Below are positions 57,696 through 64,000 of a DNA stretch of 64,000 bases, one piece after another (the first letter of the stretch is position 1; each line of letters opens with the position of its first letter). Made by a program: the position numbers and the translations under genes. Source of the DNA: an uncultured Planctomycetaceae bacterium (GTDB lineage: Bacteria; Planctomycetota; Phycisphaerae; SM23-33); the NCBI GenBank assembly GCA_964642855.1, contig CAZXSK010000009.1, positions 12,106-76,105 on the forward strand. The letters run 5' to 3'. The notes beneath the pieces are model-generated. The model worked only from the letters and a program-made list of their open reading frames with translations, did not search any database and had not been told where the DNA came from.

Positions 57696-59969
57696 GTGGC
57701 GCGGGCCCGGTTATTGTGCGCGTTGATCCTGGTGGCCCTGTGGCTGGGGACGGCACGTGGCGCCCACGCCGACCAGCGCCCATCCGTGCCGCCCAGCCGG
57801 CAGGAGGTCGACCAGGCCGTTCGGAAAGCCACCGCCTTCCTGCTGGATCAGCTCGACGGCAACGGCATCTGTAAGAAGGAGTTCAAACCAGGCAATGTCC
57901 GCTACCCGGGCAGGACGGCGCTCTGCGCGTACGCCCTGGCCGGGGCGGGCGTCAAGCCGCGCAACGAACCCAAGCTGGAAAAGGCGCTGGAGTGGCTCGT
58001 CCGCCAGGAGCCCAACGGCGTGTACCCCGTGGCGATGCGCACGTGCGCCCTGGCCGCTTCGGTCGAGCGCAAAAGACTCCGGCAGTTCCGCAAGTTCATC
58101 GCCCGCGACGCCAAGTGGCTTGTCGCAGCTGCGGGGGACAAGGGCCAGTACACCTACGGCCCGCTCAACGGCTCCGAGAGCGATTTCTACGACAACTCCA
58201 ACGCCCAGATCGCCGCGATGGCGCTCGGGGCGGCTGCCGACGTGGTCGACGTGCCGCTGAAACACTGGCAGCGCGTCCGGCAGTGGTGGCAGGCCCAGCA
58301 ACAGCCCGACGGCGGGTGGGCCTATCGCGTGCCGCGCGGTACGTTCCGTGTCAAAAGTTACGGGTCGATGACCGCGGCCGGGCTTGCGACGCTGCTGATC
58401 TGCTCGGAGCATCTTTCCAGCCGGGAGGTCGTCCGGTGTGCCGCCTCGCCGGCGGACAAGTCGATCGACGAGGCAATGGGGTGGCTGGAGAAGAACTACA
58501 CCGTCCGCGAGAATCCGGGCAAGGGGGTGCAGTGGCAGTACTACTGGCTGCTGGGCCTGCAGCGCGTCGGCAAGGCAAGCGGCAGGCGGTACCTCGGCGG
58601 GAAGGACTGGTACGCCGACGGGGCGAAGCTGCTGCTCTCCCGGCAGCGGAGTGACGGCAGTTGGGGGCTGGGCGATCGTATCGCCGAAACCGCCTTCGCG
58701 CTGCTGTTTCTTTCGCGCGGCAGGCAGCCGGTGATCGTCAACAAGCTGCAGTACCCCGGCCGATGGAACACGCGTCCGCGGGACGCATCGAACTTCGCCC
58801 GGTGGATGTCACACGCCTTCGAGACGCCCACGAACTGGCACGTGGTAGACGCCAACTCGCCGCTGGAGCACCTGCAGGAAGCGCCGCTGCTGTACGTCTC
58901 CGGGGCCGGACCGATCCAACTGACCGACGCGCAACTGGCTAGGCTCAGGCGGTACGTGCTTCGCGGCGGGATGATCGTCTCGGAAGCGGCGTGCGGCAAC
59001 GGCGACTTCACGCTCGACATGCAGCGGATCTATGAGAAGATCCTGCCCGAGTGGAAACTGACGACCGTGGCCGAGGACTCCGCGCTGCGGTCCGTGCAGT
59101 ACGAGCTGGACAAGCCCCCCGTGCTTGCGATTTCCAACGGCGTTCGCACGCTGGCGGTGCACGCCCCGCGCGAGCTGTCGCTGGCGCTGCACTTCTACCG
59201 CGAGGAGGACGACCGCGAGATTTTCGAGACGCTGGCCAACGCGTACATGGCTGCGACCGACAGCGAGATCCGCCTGCCCGGCGACGTGCCCGCCTGGCCG
59301 GCCGACCCGAACGGAAAGCCCGGGAAGACCCTCACGGTTGCGCGGGTAAAACACGAGGCCAACTGGAACCCCGAGCCCCTGGCGTTCGATCGGCTGGCTG
59401 GGATTCTCCGGCGCGACCACGGCGTGGGGTTGAAGGTCACCGGTGGCGTGCCGATCGAGAAGCTCGACCCGGGCAAGCATCCGCTGGCGGTGATGACCGG
59501 CACGCGGTCGCTGAAACTCTCGGCTGGGCAATCCAGGGCGCTCAAGGCGTACCTGCAGAAGGGCGGGACGCTGATCGTCGACGCAGCCGGGGGATCGAAG
59601 CCGTTCGCCACCTCCGTCGAGGAGCAGATTCTCACGCTCCCCGACGCCGCCGCGCAGACGCGCCTGCTGCTCAGCGATAAGGTCTTCTCCCGGGGTCTAA
59701 TGCCGATGAAGTCCGTGACCTACCGGCGCGACGTTGCCCTGCGCATGAGCGAGCGAACCCGCAACCTGCCCCGGGTGGTCGGCGTCGCCAGCGGAGGGCG
59801 GATGGTCATCTTCTACTCGGCCGAAGACCTGACGGCCGGCTTGGTGGGCTACCGTCATGCGGGAATCCGCGGGTACGCGCCGAAGTCCGCAACCGCGATC
59901 ATGGCCAATCTGCTGCACTACGCGAGCAACCAGGAGATCGCCGATTCGTCGCTGCTGGGCGGTGAATGA
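57696..59969 (+). CDS. secreted protein: prenyltransferase/terpene-cyclase-like alpha/alpha-toroid repeats + C-terminal DUF4159-like domain
   Basis: Signal peptide (LLCALILVALWLGTARGAHA). QxxDGGW-type repeats (..QQPDGGWAY.., ..RQRSDGSWGLGD..) as in squalene-cyclase/prenyltransferase beta-subunit folds. The C-terminal region (..LLYVSGAGPIQLTDAQLARLRRYVLRGGMI..) resembles DUF4159. Confidence 0.5.
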   Translation: MARARLLCALILVALWLGTARGAHADQRPSVPPSRQEVDQAVRKATAFLLDQLDGNGICKKEFKPGNVRYPGRTALCAYALAGAGVKPRNEPKLEKALEWLVRQEPNGVYPVAMRTCALAASVERKRLRQFRKFIARDAKWLVAAAGDKGQYTYGPLNGSESDFYDNSNAQIAAMALGAAADVVDVPLKHWQRVRQWWQAQQQPDGGWAYRVPRGTFRVKSYGSMTAAGLATLLICSEHLSSREVVRCAASPADKSIDEAMGWLEKNYTVRENPGKGVQWQYYWLLGLQRVGKASGRRYLGGKDWYADGAKLLLSRQRSDGSWGLGDRIAETAFALLFLSRGRQPVIVNKLQYPGRWNTRPRDASNFARWMSHAFETPTNWHVVDANSPLEHLQEAPLLYVSGAGPIQLTDAQLARLRRYVLRGGMIVSEAACGNGDFTLDMQRIYEKILPEWKLTTVAEDSALRSVQYELDKPPVLAISNGVRTLAVHAPRELSLALHFYREEDDREIFETLANAYMAATDSEIRLPGDVPAWPADPNGKPGKTLTVARVKHEANWNPEPLAFDRLAGILRRDHGVGLKVTGGVPIEKLDPGKHPLAVMTGTRSLKLSAGQSRALKAYLQKGGTLIVDAAGGSKPFATSVEEQILTLPDAAAQTRLLLSDKVFSRGLMPMKSVTYRRDVALRMSERTRNLPRVVGVASGGRMVIFYSAEDLTAGLVGYRHAGIRGYAPKSATAIMANLLHYASNQEIADSSLLGGE

Positions 59970-60127
59970 GGATTCCCGCGTTCGGCCCGGGTCGTTGGAG
60001 CAGCAGACCTGCCCGGCGACCCGCCCAAAGACCGCGGGGAAATTCTCTGGCGATTCCTTATACTTGAGCAGGGGCTGCAAGTAGCTGAATCGAGATCGGA
60101 ATCAGGCGAGGGACCGGGAGAAGAGCA

Positions 60128-62377
60128 ATGAAACAGATGCTACAGGGCGTAGTTACCATCGCGCTGGTCTGCTGCATGGCAGCCGGGGCGCTGGCGGCGG
60201 ACGACGAACGAAACGATCGGGTGTTGATCCTGCTGGCCGACGGATACAACTCCGGAGAATTCTGGCTGCCGTACCGCACGCTGCAGGCGGCGGGGTACAC
60301 CGTCGACATCGCCGGCCCGGAGAAGGGCACGATCGAGGCGGGCAGAAAGAGCCGCGACCAGGACACCACGGCCAATCTCTCGCTGGACGACGTCAAGCCG
60401 GGCGACTATGTCGGGCTGGTGATCCCGGGCGGATACTCGCCGGGCAACCTGGAGAAACACGAGCGGGCGCTGGAGATCTGCAAGGCGTTCGACAAGGCGG
60501 GCAAGCCGATCGCTGCGATCTGTCACGGCCCGCGTCTGCTGATGCGGGCGGGGGTGATGAAAAGCCGCGTCGGCACGTGCCTGGCCAGTGTGAAGGACGA
60601 ACTCGCCGACGCCTGGAAAAAGGGCGAGTACGGCAAGTACCTCGACCAAGCCGTCGTGGTGGACGGTAACCTCGTGACCAGCCGGTACCCCGGCGACCTC
60701 AAGCCGTTCTGCCGGACAATGCTCGAGACGTTCGCCGAGGCGGGGGGCTTGCAGGCGTCGCAGGTCGGCGGGGGGGCTGTGGTGGTCGCTCCCGAGATGG
60801 ACGGCCATCACCGCTGGCTGTACACGCGTGTGCTGGACATTCTCGGCGTCGACGCCAAACTCGTGCGGAACGACAAGGACATCGCCAAGCTCCTCGCCGA
60901 CGAAGGCTTCGCAGCCGGCGAGAGCGTTTCGCTGCTGGTGGTCCTCGGCGGGAAGGGCGGGCAGGAACTCGCCCAGGGCGAGGCGTTCGGCAAGTTGCTG
61001 AATGAATTCGCCGGCAAGTCGTCGACCACCGGCATCCTGGTCAGCAAGCCGATGGCGGCGGCGCTGAAGGCGTCGGAATCGGGCGAGAAGGCAGCGAAGG
61101 TCCGGCGTTTCGACGGAGACGGCGAGGCGCTGCGGGCAATCTTCACCGAGGCGGGCAAGCACTCGTCGGGCCGGCAGGTGGTAGCCGGGCCGTCCCCCGT
61201 GCGTGCCATCGTGCAACTCGACAGCGGTTTCAGCGATCGTGCCTGGGCGGGGCTGGTGACGATGTTCGGTCGCCATGGCGTCGAGGTCACCGAAGTCCGC
61301 AGCAAGCGCGGCGGCTGGATTACGGGCAAGGCGGGCCTGCCCGTCCACACCCGCGAGATGAAGAAGGGCCAGCAGTTCTCGATGACCCGGACGGCCGACC
61401 TGCTGAAGATCGCGGGCATTCCCGTGCTGATCACCTACGGCGAGCTGCCCGAAGACAAGCTCGAAGCGATGCGGAAGGACCTTCGCGCCGCGGCTGATGA
61501 GTTGGGCAAGGCGGTCGATGCCGCGCCCGTGAAGCTCTCCGACGCGACGGCCGTGATCGCGCTGCGGTCGGGTTATGACGGCCAGACCGTGCTCGGCGCG
61601 ATGACAGCTCTTTCCCGCGCGGGTCACAAGGTTGCCCTGGTGCACCACAACAAGCAGGCGGTCACGGGCGTCAATGGCGTGACGCTGGTGCCGACGGCTA
61701 CGTACGACCAGAAGCCCGGCGACGACAAGGGCTTGTTGGTGGTGGCCCCGGGCGGATACTACCCGGAGAAACGCAAGGCCCGCCAGGCCGACCAGCCCGA
61801 GTGGGTCGCCGCTCAGGACCAGCTCGACCGGCAGCGCATCGATTGGCTGCTCGCCCGGTGGGACCGCGGCGCGACGCTGCTTACCGTCGGGTACGACGGC
61901 TTGATGATCGGCCGGAACAAGGAATTCAAGGGCAAGAAATTCTCCGCCCCGGACCAGACGGTCTGGAGCTTCGGCCGGACGGGGGGCAGGTATTCCGAAG
62001 ACCCCGTCCGCATCACGGCCGAGCGTTTGATCTCCTGCAAGGGTCCGGACGCCTTGGGGCAGGTGATGAACCTGCTGGCCGATAGCGACCTGCTGCCGCA
62101 GAGCACGGCGAGCAGGCCGGTCGACAAGGAGTGGATTTCCGACGAGCTGGTCATCTGCGTCGACAGTAGCGGGGGTTACGCGATCGACGGTAAAGAGCTT
62201 TCTGAAAAGGAGATCCGTGCAAGGATGGTCCGGCTCGCCAAGGGGAATTCGGACCTGCCGATCATCGTGCGGCTGGAGAAAGATGCCCCTTTTTCCGCCG
62301 CGGCGAAGGTGATGGCGGCGATCAAGGAGGCCGGTCTGGCCAAGGAAGGGAAGGTCAAGCTGATCACGGGCGGTTGA
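60128..62377 (+). CDS. secreted protein: three tandem DJ-1/PfpI-like (class I glutamine-amidotransferase-like) domains + C-terminal ExbD/TolR-like domain
   Basis: Signal peptide (VTIALVCCMAAGALA). Domain 1 has the nucleophile elbow ..IAAICHGP... Domains 2-3 keep the fold pattern but lack the Cys (..LVVLGGKGG.., ..LLTVGYDGL..). The last ~75 aa (..LVICVDSSGGYAIDGKELSEKEIRARMVRLAKGNSDLPIIVRLEKDAPFSAAAKVMAAIKEAGLAKEGKVKLIT) match the ExbD/TolR periplasmic-domain pattern. Confidence 0.55.
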   Translation: MKQMLQGVVTIALVCCMAAGALAADDERNDRVLILLADGYNSGEFWLPYRTLQAAGYTVDIAGPEKGTIEAGRKSRDQDTTANLSLDDVKPGDYVGLVIPGGYSPGNLEKHERALEICKAFDKAGKPIAAICHGPRLLMRAGVMKSRVGTCLASVKDELADAWKKGEYGKYLDQAVVVDGNLVTSRYPGDLKPFCRTMLETFAEAGGLQASQVGGGAVVVAPEMDGHHRWLYTRVLDILGVDAKLVRNDKDIAKLLADEGFAAGESVSLLVVLGGKGGQELAQGEAFGKLLNEFAGKSSTTGILVSKPMAAALKASESGEKAAKVRRFDGDGEALRAIFTEAGKHSSGRQVVAGPSPVRAIVQLDSGFSDRAWAGLVTMFGRHGVEVTEVRSKRGGWITGKAGLPVHTREMKKGQQFSMTRTADLLKIAGIPVLITYGELPEDKLEAMRKDLRAAADELGKAVDAAPVKLSDATAVIALRSGYDGQTVLGAMTALSRAGHKVALVHHNKQAVTGVNGVTLVPTATYDQKPGDDKGLLVVAPGGYYPEKRKARQADQPEWVAAQDQLDRQRIDWLLARWDRGATLLTVGYDGLMIGRNKEFKGKKFSAPDQTVWSFGRTGGRYSEDPVRITAERLISCKGPDALGQVMNLLADSDLLPQSTASRPVDKEWISDELVICVDSSGGYAIDGKELSEKEIRARMVRLAKGNSDLPIIVRLEKDAPFSAAAKVMAAIKEAGLAKEGKVKLITGG

Positions 62378-62541
62378 GTGTCGGCCGGGCGGATCCGGAG
62401 GGGGAGGTCACGGCTTTCGGCAACCGTCTGGCATGCGGAGACTTCCGCGCTCGACAGATCGCCTTCGCTGCGGTAAGGTAAATTCGTGAAAGGGGCGAAA
62501 TTTGCGCCCTAACGAGCAGTCCTGGTGAGTGTCTGGATTCC

Positions 62542-63141
62542 ATGGAGCATCGCGGAGCGGGCGAACAAGGCACCGAAGACGCCGCATTGGTACGCGCTGT
62601 CCTTGCCGGAGAGCTCAGTGCCTTCGACGCGCTGATGAAGCGATATCAGCGGCGGGCGGTCGCGGTGGCCTACCGGCTCCTGAGCAACCGGGACGACGCC
62701 ATGGAAGTGACGCAGGACGCATTTCTCAAGGCCTTTGACAAGCTGAAAACCCTCAGCAAACCCGAGCGTTTCGGGCCCTGGATGCTGAGGATCGTCTCCA
62801 ACCTGGCGCTGAATCGCAGGCGGTCGCGGGCACTGAGACAGATGGCTCCGCTGGAGCAGGCATCGCCCGGTGACGATGAAGGACGGGGCGAGATCAACCG
62901 CCCCGACCGGCGGGAGGACGGGCCCGAACAGGTCGCCCGAGGCCATGAGACCAAGGTCCTGATCGAACGGGCACTGTCCGAACTGCCCGAAACCCAACGC
63001 CAGGCGCTGGTGTTGTTCAGCATCGAGAAGATGCCCCAGAAAGACGTGGCCGAGATCCTCGGCCTGAGCGTGGAAGCGGTGAAATGGCACGTGTTCTCGG
63101 CGAGAAAGAAACTCAAAGGCAAGCTCGACGAGATCCTGTGA
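62542..63141 (+). CDS. ECF (sigma-70 family) sigma factor
   Basis: Region 2 (..AFLKAFDKLKTLSKPERFGPWMLRIVSNLALNRRR..) and region 4 (..LPETQRQALVLFSIEKMPQKDVAEILGLSVEAVKWHVFSARKKL..). Confidence 0.75.
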   Translation: MEHRGAGEQGTEDAALVRAVLAGELSAFDALMKRYQRRAVAVAYRLLSNRDDAMEVTQDAFLKAFDKLKTLSKPERFGPWMLRIVSNLALNRRRSRALRQMAPLEQASPGDDEGRGEINRPDRREDGPEQVARGHETKVLIERALSELPETQRQALVLFSIEKMPQKDVAEILGLSVEAVKWHVFSARKKLKGKLDEIL

Positions 63142-63160
63142 TCGGGAGCGTGATGCGAAG

Positions 63161-63769
63161 ATGAGCGAACGACCGGATACCCACGATGTTGAATTCCTGC
63201 TGTGCCAGTACCTCGACGATCAGCTGTCGAGAAGGCAGCGGCAGGCGCTGGAGACCCGGCTGGCCGAAGAGCCCGAACTGCGGGAACAACTCCGCAAGTA
63301 CCAGACTCTCGACGACCACCTGGCCGACCTCGGCGAAGAAACTCCCGTCGGGATGGACTTCGATTCGATGCGAACCGACGTCCTCGCGGCGGTGGAGAGG
63401 AAAATCATCATGCAGGGCCCGCCGAAGCGCAGGCCCTGGATCATCCGCCTGGGTGTGGGAGCGGCTGCGGCGGCTGCGATTCTGCTTGCCGTGGTCAGCG
63501 TGGTGTTCCTGATGCCCGGCGGCGGAGAAGAAACGTCCAGTCAGCCGGTCGCCAGCAGCGACATGCTCCGGGCAGAGGGTTCCGGTGGCGGAGAGGGACA
63601 GGCCTCCGCGTCGGTCCGCGAGATGGGCTGGGAAGAGCTCTCGCTTTCGGCCGAGATCGACGAGACGACGATGGACGAAGACGTTCCTTCGGGCACGATC
63701 ATCCTTTCGATCGGGTCGGAGCAGACGCCCGAGGACATCCATGGCGGCATGCCCGTGATGATGGAATGA
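63161..63769 (+). CDS. anti-sigma factor (single TM)
   Basis: Directly follows the ECF sigma gene with a 19-nt gap. N-terminal ..LLCQYLDDQLSRRQRQALETRLAEEPEL.. anti-sigma helix motif, one TM (LGVGAAAAAAILLAVVSVVFL), and an acidic C-terminal tail. Confidence 0.5.
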   Translation: MSERPDTHDVEFLLCQYLDDQLSRRQRQALETRLAEEPELREQLRKYQTLDDHLADLGEETPVGMDFDSMRTDVLAAVERKIIMQGPPKRRPWIIRLGVGAAAAAAILLAVVSVVFLMPGGGEETSSQPVASSDMLRAEGSGGGEGQASASVREMGWEELSLSAEIDETTMDEDVPSGTIILSIGSEQTPEDIHGGMPVMME

Positions 63770-63842
63770 CCCCGACGCACACAACAGACCCGTCCGGCGG
63801 GATGGAGAACACCCGGTGACGAAACCTGCAGGAGACGCACAG

Positions 63843-64000
63843 ATGAGCTTTCGATCCATGGTAATCCTGGCTGCGGCCGGGGCGTGGCTTCTGGTGCCGG
63901 CGCTGGCGGCCGGCCAGTCCGACGACGTAAAGGTCCAGCAGGCCCTGGACAAGCCCGTCGAGTACACGGTCGAGGACGCACCCATCGAGGAGGTCTTCAC
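63843..64000 (+). CDS. secreted protein, 5' fragment (runs off window)
   Basis: MSFRSMVILAAAGAWLLVPALAAGQS.. signal peptide. Truncated by the window end. Confidence 0.3.
   Translation, partial: MSFRSMVILAAAGAWLLVPALAAGQSDDVKVQQALDKPVEYTVEDAPIEEVF

Noticed and set aside
1-64000. Search for CRISPR arrays, IS elements/transposases, integrases or phage genes
   Set aside because: No direct-repeat/spacer periodicity, no DDE/tyrosine-recombinase-like ORFs, and no inverted-repeat-bounded low-GC island were seen. The window looks like core chromosome.

Overview
This is a high-GC window, roughly two-thirds G+C by eye, that reads as a bacterial chromosome and most plausibly a Planctomycetota/Phycisphaerae-like genome. 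The lineage guess rests on BatA_N and DUF4159 proteins, multiple sulfatases, many ECF sigma/anti-sigma pairs, TPR and WG-repeat lipoproteins, and an rpmH gene uncoupled from rnpA. About 55 protein genes, one tRNA-Ala(CGC) and three intrinsic terminators are supportable from the sequence. Most long ORFs on the strand opposite a recognisable gene are GC-driven antisense artefacts and were discarded. Housekeeping genes include etfBA, metK, rpmH, accBC, a PPi/ATP phosphofructokinase, an archaeal-type iPGM, aconitase, rpsA, sppA, rnpA-yidD and kdsD-kdsC. No transposase, integrase, CRISPR array or obvious prophage is present. The most unusual content is: (i) a kdsD-kdsC operon translationally coupled to a ~1025-aa membrane-anchored protein built from LptC/LptA-like jellyroll repeats; (ii) two adjacent secreted proteins with glutamine-amidotransferase-like domains, one being a triple DJ-1/PfpI fusion ending in an ExbD/TolR-like domain, followed by an ECF sigma/anti-sigma pair; (iii) an htrA gene coupled to an 800-aa PDZ-rich pseudo-protease partner; (iv) a sulfated-polysaccharide degradation cluster (lyase-like protein, sulfatase, GH28); (v) a lone AmmeMemoRadiSam-type radical SAM enzyme; (vi) a 560-bp AT-rich convergent intergenic island that could hold an unannotated RNA.
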